Source: an uncultured Planctomycetota bacterium
GTDB lineage: Bacteria > Planctomycetota > Planctomycetia > Gemmatales > Gemmataceae
Reading direction: 5' to 3'
Assembly (NCBI GenBank): GCA_963849325.1
Contig: CAWKHF010000001.1
Coordinates: forward strand, 1-64,000
DNA length: 64,000 nucleotides
The translations under genes were made by a program, and so were the position numbers. The notes under the pieces were generated by a model. That model did not search any database, was not told where the DNA came from, and saw nothing but the letters and a program-made list of their open reading frames with translations. Below, in pieces: positions 1 to 9,288 of this stretch. Each line of letters opens with the position of its first letter. Position 1 is the stretch's first letter.

Positions 1-908
1 TTGTTTTTAGAAACCGCCCTTCGACGAGTACGTCGAAGGGCTTCCTCATTTCTGGGTAAAGGGTTACGCCGTCGAGGCGGCAGTTCAAACACACGATTTC
101 GAGTAAACGCCGCTTCGTGGCGTAATCGGCGGTAAGCCATTGCTCCTTCAGGGTTTGCGAGAGTTCAAACACTTTGGCCGCCAGTTCCGCCGTTTCGTCG
201 TGGGAGCGGTCCAGCACGTCCAGTTGCAGCTTGATCGACGCCAGCCGGTCGCGTAACTCGGTGTGCTTCTTGGCAAAGACTTCCTGGTCGATGTCATCGG
301 AAAGCCGCATGTTGAGCAAGCGGTCCTGCTGCTGGATGAGAAGCGTCTCTTGCCGGGTGAGTTCGGCCCGTTGAGCTTGGCTGTCCGCTTGAGCATCGCG
401 GGTCTGCGACGCGAGTACCAGTCGGAACCATTCGCGGACGCTCTCGTCCTCCACCTTCATCTTGTCGAAGATCGCGAGCACCTGGGCCTCGATGTCCGCT
501 TCCTTCACCCGAATGCGGGGATGGTCGCCTTTCGCGTATCGAGAGCAGCGGTAGTAGACGTGTTCGTTGACGCCGCCGTCCTTCCGCTTCTTCTTGACCA
601 GCTCGCCGGTGACGGGATGACCGCAATGGCCGCAGGTCATGAACTGCCCGGCGTAGGTCAGCGTCGTGGCATGGTGGACGTGCCCGCCGAGCAACGCCTG
701 CACCCGGTTCCAGGTCGCCCGGTCAACCAGCGGCTCGTGCTTGCCGGGATACCACTGTCCCTTGTGATGGACTTCGCCAATATAGGCCCGATCCTTGAGG
801 ATGTTGTGGATCGAGGTGCGGGGGAACCGTGGCTGCGACGGGCGGTACACCCGGCCTTCGGAGTTGATCTTCTCGACCACGCCATCAAGCGTCAGGTTCT
901 CATAGGCG

Positions 909-2416
909 GGGTGTGAATCATTTACTTGGGTGACTTTACGCGGCGGCGCGGTGAGGCTGCGACCAGAAGCCGTCCCACACCTTGCCGCCACTGACATATA
1001 AAGCCCGTAGGGCCGCCACGGTCGCCGCACCGTCTTCTACCCAGCGCATGCCCGAACCCTTGAGCCTTTCACCGATGATCTTGCAGCCCGCCTCCGTCGG
1101 CCCACTGCCGATGTCCCAGCCCTTCTGACGATAGCGCGGATAATCGGTGCGATGCCGGTTGTTCTCGAAGTAGCCGATCAGCTTCCGCAGTTCCTCGTGA
1201 ACCTCTGCCGATGTCTCCGGCGGCAAGTCCAACGCCCGCAAAAAGGTGAGCAAGGCTTCGCCCCCTTGCTCATAGAGGATTCCTTTGGCCTGCTGCTGCC
1301 ACAGCACGCGGGCCGTTTCCTCGCCGGCATGCCAGACGTTGGCGAAGGCACAGAGGTGTTCGGCGGCGTGATACCAATCCAGGATAGTCGTCAGGTTCTC
1401 GGCCAGGTGACGCTGCAAGGCTTCTTCCAGGCCGTTGCCGCCGTCGGTCACGGCGATCAAGTCACTCACCCGCGTAACGCCCAACGCCCGGGCCTGCGCG
1501 CGCACTTGCTCCGCCAGCACATCGAGGTCGAAATCGACCAGGTAGCGGCTGTGCTCCTTTTGCGGCGTGTACAACAACGCGGTGTAGAGCATGCGATGCT
1601 CGGCCTTGCCTGCTCCGATCCCCTGCATCGGCACGCTGAAGGCGTCCAGGCCGACATAGGCCGCGGGCTGCCCTTCCCTTCGCGGTGCGGTCCAGAGGAG
1701 TTCGGGCTGCGTCGGCTCGACCATCGGCCCCGCTTTCTGCTGCGCCCGCAAGCGTTCGCCCTCCCCTTGGGTACAGCGCAATACCGAGGAAGCCGACAGA
1801 CGCACTCCGGAGAAACGCCGGAGGATGTCTTCGGACGCATCGCCGAAGGGCACCATCGTCCCGGCCAGACAGACCAGCGGCCGCAAGCCGGGGCTGATGG
1901 CATCGTGCAAGCCCAGTACCTCGTCGTAGGGGATGCAACTGTGGTGGCAGCGGGCACAGTAGGAATAGGCGCGCTCCAGACGCACCTCGCCATGCACGGT
2001 CAACAGCCGCCGGGACTGGTAGGAATGAAACTTGGCCGTGTGCCCGCACAAGGTGCAGCGTACGCTGGAGCCTACGTAGCCCTTTTTTTCCGGCTCGCCA
2101 CGCTGGCTTGCCGGACGTGGTTGACCAGCTTCTGCCCGGCATCGCGGAACTCGAAGTCGATGGCGCCGAATTCCTCCGCCTCGGGAACATCGACGGCCCT
2201 TTCGACAAGCTGGCGAACGGTCTGTTCGATCTGGGGTCGCAGCTGTTGCAGGATGGCTTCGATGCGTTCTTGGCGGGATGGGGCCACTGGGGAAGGACCG
2301 TGCTGGGAAGCCATGATGCAACTCCTGAGTGTGAAGAAGGCGTGTGCGTTTTGGACCTGGGAGTCAACCTATCGCGCGACAAGCCAAAAACCCACCCAAG
2401 TAACAGCTGCCCACCC
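909..2416 (-). mobile_element. ISKra4-family (IS256-related) insertion sequence, 1508 bp
   Basis: Imperfect terminal IRs GGGTGtgaatcatTTACTTGGGTG / GGGTGggcagctgTTACTTGGGTG; 9-bp direct repeat TCATAGGCG at 900-908 and 2417-2425. Confidence 0.9.
936..2314 (-). CDS. ISKra4-family transposase, two ORFs joined by a -1 frameshift at the A7 run (2083-2089)
   Basis: ORF1 2072-2314 ends RKKRAT; ORF2 continues EKKGYVG...CTLC...CARC, with DGGNG, LDWYHAAEHL, IGSGPTEAGCK and RLKGSGMRW motifs. Confidence 0.88.
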
Positions 2417-2987
2417 TCATAGGCGTAGAGATGGAAAATCCGCTTGACGTTGACCGACTCTTGCGGATCGGTTTCGATGACGCCCCGGCCATCCCTGCGG
2501 ATGTTGCGATAGCCGTAGGGAGCGGGACCGCAGAACCAGCCCTCCCGAACGCGGCGAGCGATCCCTTCGCGGACATCGACCGACATTTGTTCGGTGTAGA
2601 AGCTGGCCATATTGGCGAGCGTCCGTCGCATCATCCGTCCGGCGGGCGTGTTCTCCGTCGGCTGCGAGATAGAGATGAACGGTAGGTTGTATTCTGATTC
2701 AAGACGTTCGAGTTCGACGTAATCGAAGAGATTGCGGGAAGCCCGGTCCACCTTGTAGAAGAGCAGGCCGTCCAAGGCAAAGGCATTCTTCTTGGCGTAG
2801 GCGAGGAGTTCGCGGAAGGTCTTGCGTTGTTCGCCCTTGCTGGCGGTTTCGGCGATCTTGAAGAACTTGACGATCTCGCCGCCCGCCTGGGTCGCATAAC
2901 GCTTGAGGGCTTCCTCCTGCACTTCCAGGCTGAAGCCCTCGCGTTCCTGTTCCCGGCTGCTGACCCGAGCTAAAGCGGCGAACTGCT

Positions 2988-3209
2988 TCATGGCGGAGAC
3001 CTCGACGAAAGTGCCTCGAACAAGCGACCGACATCCACGATCATTGTAACGGCTTCCTCGGGGGTGATGGTAGCTTCGTAGTACGGCTGCCAGGTGCGAA
3101 TCGTTGCTTCGATGAGTTCAGCGGTGATCCAGTCCGGTGTCCCGGCCGGGACGATGCTCTTCGCATCCTCTCGGGTTCGGCAATCGGGTTGTCGATTGCT
3201 GCGGGACAT
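2988..3209 (-). CDS. Small hypothetical protein coupled to the recombinase start
   Basis: 73-aa ORF whose stop overlaps the recombinase ATG. Confidence 0.6.
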   Translation of the reverse strand: MSRSNRQPDCRTREDAKSIVPAGTPDWITAELIEATIRTWQPYYEATITPEEAVTMIVDVGRLFEALSSRSPP

Positions 3210-3305
3210 GGCCGGGGACCACCACCGATAAAGTTTCGAGAAATGCGCAAAGCCACCCTCGGCCCGACGCGCGGGACCACCAGTACACGCGAGAGCGGTT
3301 GCGGG

Positions 3306-3572
3306 TTACGATGCCCGCAACAGGCCCTCTCGCCGGTAACGCTGCAACTCGTCATGGGAGATCGCCCACGCGGTGTGAGCGCCGCGCCCGCTCTCCTTCT
3401 TCCGTGCCCGAATCCGACCCACGCGGCACCACGACCGGACGGTGAACTCGGCCTTACCCACGAGGGCCGCAAACTCCTCGATGGAGTACCATTCCCGGAC
3501 CGGCTGCTGCTCCGCGAGGACGACCAGCATCGCCTCGATCTTTTCCAGCCGTTCTTCGACCGTCATGGCCAC
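3306..3572 (-). CDS. Excisionase-like HTH DNA-binding protein (candidate recombination directionality factor)
   Basis: WYSIEEFAALVGKAEFTVRSWCRVGRI, a MerR/Xis-type HTH; upstream of the recombinase. Confidence 0.75.
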   Translation of the reverse strand: MAMTVEERLEKIEAMLVVLAEQQPVREWYSIEEFAALVGKAEFTVRSWCRVGRIRARKKESGRGAHTAWAISHDELQRYRREGLLRAS

Positions 3573-3575
3573 ACC

Positions 3576-4001
3576 CTACCTTTCCAGGTCCGTGCGGTCC
3601 TGCTCACGGACCGCTTCCCTGACCGAGGTGCGGGCCGTCGCGCTGTCCTTTCGCAATTCCTCCAAGCCGACTTTTTCCACGGTCATCGAGTTCGCCCGCC
3701 CGAGGATCACATCCCAGGACGTGTGAAACTCCACGTCCTTATGCGGGTTGCTGGCCGCGTCCCGCACCATCGCGGTCAGTTGCGGTCCGTCGCCGAGGGC
3801 CGCGTCCAGCGCCTCCGGCAGGATCTCCGCCGCGCGGATGGGGTAATACAGAGCCTCATAGTGCTTTTGGCTGTCGATGCCGAAATCGACGACCGCCGCA
3901 TGGTTCGGCCACGCATCAAACAGGATGCTGGTGACAAGGTGCCGTGTCGTGGGTTGCACCGACGCCAACTGCTCGGCGAACTTCGTGCGTTTGTCGCTCA
4001 T
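3576..4001 (-). CDS. Hypothetical protein
   Basis: ORF with GGAG RBS in the co-oriented operon; ends DRTDLER. Confidence 0.6.
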   Translation of the reverse strand: MSDKRTKFAEQLASVQPTTRHLVTSILFDAWPNHAAVVDFGIDSQKHYEALYYPIRAAEILPEALDAALGDGPQLTAMVRDAASNPHKDVEFHTSWDVILGRANSMTVEKVGLEELRKDSATARTSVREAVREQDRTDLER

Positions 4002-4048
4002 GGTTTTCTCCAGAGAAAGGGCGGGATTGGGAGGTCCCGCCCTCGCGG

Positions 4049-4396
4049 TCACCGGGCCTGCTCCGGGAAGAGCATCGGCGAAACCGTCGGGCTCTGCTTG
4101 GCCTTCGTTCCATCCGTTCCTTGCTGCGCCTCCAGTGTGAGCCGATGCTTTTCCAGCTCGACCTGCTCCTTACTGCGCAACTCGGCGTCGAACCTCCGGG
4201 CTTCCTCTGCCTTTTGCCGTTCTTCTTCCTTGGTCATGTTGCGCCCCAGAATGGCTGCGATAATCACCCAGCAGGCGAACAGCTCGCCCGCAACGGCCCC
4301 CTTCGGCCATGACGGAGGGTTGACGCTCTCGAACAGGCCGATGAGCACGAAGGTGACCACGACCGGCGCGAGGAAATACTTGCATAGCGTTTCCAT
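4049..4396 (-). CDS. Small membrane protein (2 TM + coiled coil)
   Basis: Two hydrophobic stretches then a charged helix; AAGGAG RBS. Confidence 0.6.
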   Translation of the reverse strand: METLCKYFLAPVVVTFVLIGLFESVNPPSWPKGAVAGELFACWVIIAAILGRNMTKEEERQKAEEARRFDAELRSKEQVELEKHRLTLEAQQGTDGTKAKQSPTVSPMLFPEQAR

Positions 4397-4467
4397 GATC
4401 TACTCCTTGAGAAATTGCGGGGCGGGCGAACCCCGTTGTCCGGGTAACTGAAGTCAACGGCGAGCAA

Positions 4468-4821
4468 TCAGGCTGGAATCCACCGCCCCCTGGCCATCTC
4501 CATCCACCCCTTGGGGGCGTCCGTCGCTGCGAACAGCAGCTTGTCACCGTAGACACGCGCGCGATCCTCATCGTGGCCCGTGTCAAACTTGATCTCGATA
4601 AACTCCTCTGTTTGCTGGGTCTGACGGCCCGTGAACGGGGCCTCGTTGCTGCCGCCGGTGACCTTCAGGACCCAACGACAACCCCCGGTGTCGGTGAGGA
4701 TGTAGCGGCGACCGTCGGTGTCCCTGCCGACCCAGTACACCCGCTCTACGGGCTTGTCGTCTGGCGACAGAACGGAGGCGATTGCTTCCCCAACACTCGA
4801 AATCCAAGATTCCCATTTCAT
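4468..4821 (-). CDS. Hypothetical protein
   Basis: MKWESWISS... after a GGAG RBS. Confidence 0.55.
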   Translation of the reverse strand: MKWESWISSVGEAIASVLSPDDKPVERVYWVGRDTDGRRYILTDTGGCRWVLKVTGGSNEAPFTGRQTQQTEEFIEIKFDTGHDEDRARVYGDKLLFAATDAPKGWMEMARGRWIPA

Positions 4822-4883
4822 GGCGTGTGGCATCTCCTGTATGTGGGGGGCGAGGGCGGGGCTGGGCGCGCCCCGCCTTCGGG

Positions 4884-5033
4884 TTACTTGAACAGCTTCT
4901 TGAAGCACTCTGCGAACCCGCTGCTCCAGGTCTTCTTGATCTCGCCATCGCCATCGACGGCGGCGACGACCTTTGTCACGAAGAACACCAGGATGCACCC
5001 GCCGATCAGCAGGTTGATGAAAAAGTCGCCCAT
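4884..5033 (-). CDS. 49-aa single-TM protein
   Basis: MGDFFINLLIGGCILVFFVTKVV...KKLFK; GGAGG RBS. Confidence 0.55.
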   Translation of the reverse strand: MGDFFINLLIGGCILVFFVTKVVAAVDGDGEIKKTWSSGFAECFKKLFK

Positions 5034-5047
5034 GCTTGGATGCCTCC

Positions 5048-5221
5048 TTACTTCTTGAAGAGGTTGCGGAGGAGAGCCAGGCCGCCACGCTTCGCCGCGT
5101 CGCGGGCGGTGGCGTTGCCGCTGAGGAACGAGCAGATCTTCCGGGTGCCGATGAAGAAGATCACCAACATGATGATCCACCCGAAGGAACTGCCGTCCGA
5201 CGATTGAGCCAGTAGGTACAT
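5048..5221 (-). CDS. 57-aa single-TM protein (missed by the ORF track)
   Basis: MYLLAQSSDGSSFGWIIMLVIFFIGTRK...RNLFKK; AGGAG RBS. Confidence 0.55.
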   Translation of the reverse strand: MYLLAQSSDGSSFGWIIMLVIFFIGTRKICSFLSGNATARDAAKRGGLALLRNLFKK

Positions 5222-5272
5222 GACGAACTCCTTTGAAAAAGGGTGAGGTAAGGTTGACTGTCAATGCCGCGG

Positions 5273-5587
5273 CTATCGTTCCATGCCGCCACGATCCCGG
5301 TCCTTGTTTTGCTCTTGGCCTTGCTGCCCGCTTCGGTCCTCTGCCTGCGAAAGCTCTTTCGCGTAGGCACGAACATCATCCAGGCTCACTGTGGCAGTCG
5401 ATTCCTGGTCCGGCCCCTGGCCGGGGCCTTTCCGCGCCTGGGCGATTTCGCCTTGCGTCTGTGTCCCGAACAGGCCGATTTCGTTGTCCGCGACGCTCTC
5501 ACGCGATGGGGTGAGTGCGTTGCGCAGCTCCTTCAGCCCGAGCCGAAACATCGCTGCCGCGTGGCCTTCACCGATCTTGCGTTCCAT
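5273..5587 (-). CDS. Hypothetical protein downstream of the coupling protein
   Basis: 104-aa ORF, GGAGG upstream, C-terminus DRDRGGMER. Confidence 0.6.
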   Translation of the reverse strand: MERKIGEGHAAAMFRLGLKELRNALTPSRESVADNEIGLFGTQTQGEIAQARKGPGQGPDQESTATVSLDDVRAYAKELSQAEDRSGQQGQEQNKDRDRGGMER

Positions 5588-5618
5588 CTCATGCCTCCTT
5601 CCTTCATGTGTCTGGGAC

Positions 5619-7247
5619 TCATGGATTTGCCCTGTTCGCCATTGCGAGGAGGATCAGGGCCAGGATGATCGCCGCCACCAGCCGCACCACGACCGATGCC
5701 CGTGATGGTTGCCGCCATATGGGAGTGAAGAGGTCGAACCACCACGGGCGGGCGGACTTGGACCGCCTCGTCACGGCCGGATTGAACTCCGGGTCCTGAT
5801 ACCACTTCACGCGCTCGGCAAGGATCGGCGACATGCCGCGTTGGAGGACGATCACGCAGTCGTTGCTGAGCGTCAGGATTTCTTCCGGGCGAAGAAGCGC
5901 CCGACCGGCGACCGAGTAGTTCAAGTTGCTACCGCGGCTCACCTGCCCGCCCTGTTGCGCGCCACCACCTGACTGCCAGGATTGCGACTGGTTTTCCCCG
6001 TAGCTCTCGACCACTTGCGTCCAATCGCCGATGGACTTACTCAGCCGTTCGGCGCTCTCATAGCTGCTGGCGGCACCGAGGTAGATTTGCGTGCCGCAGT
6101 TATCCGGGAGCAGCGTGGGTTTATCCCGGAATGCCGTTCGCACCTGCGAGTCCGACTGGTACGCCAGCACCAGCCGGACCCCGGCGCTGCGGCCCCGCAC
6201 CAGCGCTTCCTCCAGGGCGGGCAGTGAGCCGAGGGCCGAAGCCTCATCGAGCAGGAACAGGACTTCGCTCTCGCGCTCGTTGCCTGTCGCCCCGATGACG
6301 CGCACCAGCGTCGCCACCCAGCAACGCAGCAGGCCCTTCTGTGCTTCCAACTGCTCCGGTGGGATCTGCAAATAGACTGTGGTTCCAGGCTTCCGCAGGG
6401 CCGCCGCGTCGAAGGTACTGCCCGCCACCGCGGTCGCCACCAGGCCCGAATCCAGGAAGGACAGATGCCGCGTGACCGTGCTCAGCACCCCGGCCCCTTC
6501 CTTGGTCAATCCAACGCCGTCCTTCTCGAACAGTGTTTTGAGCTGGTTGCCGAGCCGTGCCGGTATACCACCGGTGTCTTGCAACATCCGCAGGGCGGCC
6601 TTCAGCATGTCCGGGTCGCTGAGAATCTCCTGCACAGAACTGAGGTTGCGGTCCTCGCCTTTGAAGCGCAGCAACACCAACACCAGCACCGCACAGATCA
6701 CCTGAACGGCTTTGTCGTTCCAGTGCGGGTCGGACTCCGTTCCTTGCCGAACTACCAGCGCCTCCGCGATCGCCCTCGCGGAATCGACCAGTGACGGGCT
6801 ATCGGCGGGCACGGAATCCAGCGGGTTGAAGGCATCCGTCCCACCGTTGAACGGTGCGAGCCGAATGACACGTTGCCCCATCGCCGCCCGTCGCTTGGCC
6901 GTGGTCTCGAACAGGTCGCCTTTCGTATCGAAACAGACAACCGAGCCCAATTCATAAGTGAGCAGGTTCGGGATGATGATGCTCACGCCCTTGCCCGAAC
7001 CGGTACTTCCGCAGACCAGCACGTGGCAATAGTCCGGAAGGCGGATAAGTGCGCCCTTGAAGGTCCGCCCGAGAACCAACCCATATCCGGCAAGCATCCC
7101 GAACGCGCGGAGCGCCTGATCCGTCATGAAGGAGGCAGACCCGTAGGCTGTCCCCGATCCCCGCCAGCGGCGTCGATAAAAGACGACCAGCAACACGCCG
7201 ATAATGATCGCCAGTGAGACGACTTGGTCGTCGAAGCTCGGTTGCAT
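5619..7247 (-). CDS. virD4: Type IV coupling protein, VirD4/TraG family
   Basis: N-terminal TM, Walker A GSTGSGKG, FDTKGD, FNPLD, Walker B LLDEA, GRALLRPEEI. Confidence 0.9.
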   Translation of the reverse strand: MQPSFDDQVVSLAIIIGVLLVVFYRRRWRGSGTAYGSASFMTDQALRAFGMLAGYGLVLGRTFKGALIRLPDYCHVLVCGSTGSGKGVSIIIPNLLTYELGSVVCFDTKGDLFETTAKRRAAMGQRVIRLAPFNGGTDAFNPLDSVPADSPSLVDSARAIAEALVVRQGTESDPHWNDKAVQVICAVLVLVLLRFKGEDRNLSSVQEILSDPDMLKAALRMLQDTGGIPARLGNQLKTLFEKDGVGLTKEGAGVLSTVTRHLSFLDSGLVATAVAGSTFDAAALRKPGTTVYLQIPPEQLEAQKGLLRCWVATLVRVIGATGNERESEVLFLLDEASALGSLPALEEALVRGRSAGVRLVLAYQSDSQVRTAFRDKPTLLPDNCGTQIYLGAASSYESAERLSKSIGDWTQVVESYGENQSQSWQSGGGAQQGGQVSRGSNLNYSVAGRALLRPEEILTLSNDCVIVLQRGMSPILAERVKWYQDPEFNPAVTRRSKSARPWWFDLFTPIWRQPSRASVVVRLVAAIILALILLAMANRANP

Positions 7248-7292
7248 GGCATAAACTCCTCTCAAACCGCCTTTGTGCGGTGGTTACTGCTG

Positions 7293-7478
7293 TCAGTTGC
7301 TCAGTGGCCGCAGCCGGTGGAGCAAGTCACGGGTTTCCTTCTCGTAAGCGACCAAGGCTTCCTTGACCCTCTCAAGCACCATTGGAAACGCCTCGCACTT
7401 CTCCTCATCTCGAAGGGCAAAGATGTCCAAGATGCGAAGCGTGGCTTTCCACGCGATGTCGTGCTGGATGCGCACCAT
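7293..7478 (-). CDS. Hypothetical protein
   Basis: 61-aa helical ORF between the ParB-like gene and virD4. Confidence 0.5.
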   Translation of the reverse strand: MVRIQHDIAWKATLRILDIFALRDEEKCEAFPMVLERVKEALVAYEKETRDLLHRLRPLSN

Positions 7479-7481
7479 GAT

Positions 7482-8294
7482 TCACCCCTTCTTTGCCTTG
7501 TCGCGGAGAACGGCCTGAAAGGTGCGGGCATCGAGGCCCTGCTCACGAGCCTTCCGGGCTTCGCGCTGCGCTTCGCCGAGGCTCTCGATCAAATCATCCA
7601 GCGTCAGACCTTCGCCGCTCGCAACGATCATCACGCCGGACGGCAGGATCGCCTTGATTCGCGAAAGCTTGACCGTCGGTGCCACCGCCCGCTTTTTGCG
7701 GCCCGCATGTTCGATGGCGTCCCGGCTCGCGCCGGACAGTTTCAGCCGGAGCAGCTCGGCCTGCTCGGCTTCGCTTAACTTGCTCGCGGCATAGCAGTCG
7801 CTGATGCCGACCTTGCCTGCCGCGAGTGCTTCCTGCCAAGCCGGGATGCACTTCGATGGCGACAACAAGCGAGTAACCATCGAGGGGTCGAGGTGCAGTT
7901 GCTCGGCGAGGTCCTTCATCTGCCAGGTCGGGTTGCCCGCGATCAGCTCCGCGCAGAGAATCCACTTCTGGTAGCCGGTGAGTTCCTTGCGGTGCAGGTT
8001 CTCCGCCGCGCGGATGAGCTTGAACTGTGTGTCCGAAAGCGAAGCCGGGAACAGCTTGACCTCAAGCGTCTTGATCCCGGCCGCCTTCGCCGCCAGATAG
8101 CGGCCGTGACCGAAGATCATGCGGCCGTCTTCCGTCGCGCCGACCGGTTGAAGCTGGCCTTTGGCCAGCATGTCCTCGCCCTGAAGGCGAACCTTCTCGG
8201 GATCGTCGTGCCGGGCGAGTTCCCGCTCATCCGTCTGGAACCAGTCGAGCGGGCGATGTTCGATCGCCAGCGATTTCGTTTGTAAGGTCGCCAT
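7482..8294 (-). CDS. ParB/Spo0J-like nuclease-domain + HTH protein
   Basis: GQLQPV, IFGHGRYLAA, ENLHRKELT, HTH QMKDLAEQLHLDPSMVTRLL. Confidence 0.85.
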   Translation of the reverse strand: MATLQTKSLAIEHRPLDWFQTDERELARHDDPEKVRLQGEDMLAKGQLQPVGATEDGRMIFGHGRYLAAKAAGIKTLEVKLFPASLSDTQFKLIRAAENLHRKELTGYQKWILCAELIAGNPTWQMKDLAEQLHLDPSMVTRLLSPSKCIPAWQEALAAGKVGISDCYAASKLSEAEQAELLRLKLSGASRDAIEHAGRKKRAVAPTVKLSRIKAILPSGVMIVASGEGLTLDDLIESLGEAQREARKAREQGLDARTFQAVLRDKAKKG

Positions 8295-8429
8295 GTACGT
8301 ACCCTCCACGGGGCGGCCGACGGCCGCCGTTCGGCTACTTCAGGAATTCGGGAAACGATTCGATTGCCAGGGCGAAGCGAATTGCCGTGCCGGTTCCGTT
8401 CCGTCGAACCGGCACTCCCACAGTCGCCC

Positions 8430-8621
8430 CTACTCCTTATCGCTGCGGTCCTCCCCCTGGGGAGAGGAACTGCCCGAAGCGACGATGACGACGGAAGCGA
8501 TTGCACCCAGCAGCGCCCCCACCGGACCCAGCACCAGTCCGCCCGCGACGGCCGGTCCCCACATCACGGCCTTGCCGGCCAACTCTTCCGCCACTTCCTG
8601 CTCGAAGCTTTTTGCCGCCAT
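8430..8621 (-). CDS. Small glycine-zipper membrane protein
   Basis: GGLVLGPVGALLGAIA; AAGGAG RBS. Confidence 0.5.
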   Translation of the reverse strand: MAAKSFEQEVAEELAGKAVMWGPAVAGGLVLGPVGALLGAIASVVIVASGSSSPQGEDRSDKE

Positions 8622-8813
8622 TGGACTTCTCCTTGAGGCGACCGGTCGGGTGAACCGGTCTGGGAATCGCTGATTGTTTTTCGCGACGGGAGGAGTTGCT
8701 TACCCCAAACCCGTCGTTCACCGTGAGAATTGTTGACCGGGCAAGGCCGCGAGGCAAAAGCTCGTCACGATTTGGCGAGGTCGGGTAGGGTCCGCGACGA
8801 GGCGGCGGGTCTT

Positions 8814-9227
8814 CTACGGGCGGCGGCCGAGGTACTGGTCGGCTTGTGCGATGGCCTGTCGTTCGACGTTCCGGACGAGTTCCGAGACCTGATGTTCCCC
8901 GGAGGCCAGGCCGAGCTTGATGTACTGGGTGCAGAAAGTGTCAACCACTTCTTGGTGGTCGTATTCCCGGCCGGGACGGACGGGGACGCCAAGCGCCTGC
9001 AAAAAAGCTCGCTCGGCGTACTCTCGCTCGTAATCGATCATGTCATGGATGGCGTCATCCAAGCTCATGGGGTGGCGGATTTCGCCGGTCGTGATCCTGT
9101 AGTCGAACCGATCCTCCATCCACTGATCGTAACCGAGCGGGTAGGCCCGCCGGAGGTCTTTGACGGTGATCTTGTCTGAAGGAAAATCAATCTTCTTGAA
9201 GTCTAACTTGGGAACGTGTTCAGCCAA
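8814..9227 (-). CDS. Hypothetical protein
   Basis: 137-aa ORF with protein-like composition. Confidence 0.5.
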   Translation of the reverse strand: MAEHVPKLDFKKIDFPSDKITVKDLRRAYPLGYDQWMEDRFDYRITTGEIRHPMSLDDAIHDMIDYEREYAERAFLQALGVPVRPGREYDHQEVVDTFCTQYIKLGLASGEHQVSELVRNVERQAIAQADQYLGRRP

Positions 9228-9288
9228 TGTCCTAATGTCATCGTAATGATTGTCGTGACCAAAGTGTTAATACGCTTCTGCCGCCCTG

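Larger units (their letters stand above)
1..2991 (-). pseudogene. Large serine recombinase (resolvase + recombinase + Zn-ribbon domains), interrupted by an IS; 3' end runs off the window
   Basis: N-terminus ARVSSREQ...YKVDRASRN (2991-2417). Removing the IS and one TSD restores the frame HLYAYE|NLTLDGVVEK...YIGEV...MTCGHCGH...YYRC, open to position 1. Confidence 0.92.

Noticed and set aside
1462-2991. 509-aa ORF as a full recombinase
   Set aside because: Only the first ~192 codons are recombinase; the rest is read-through into the IS.
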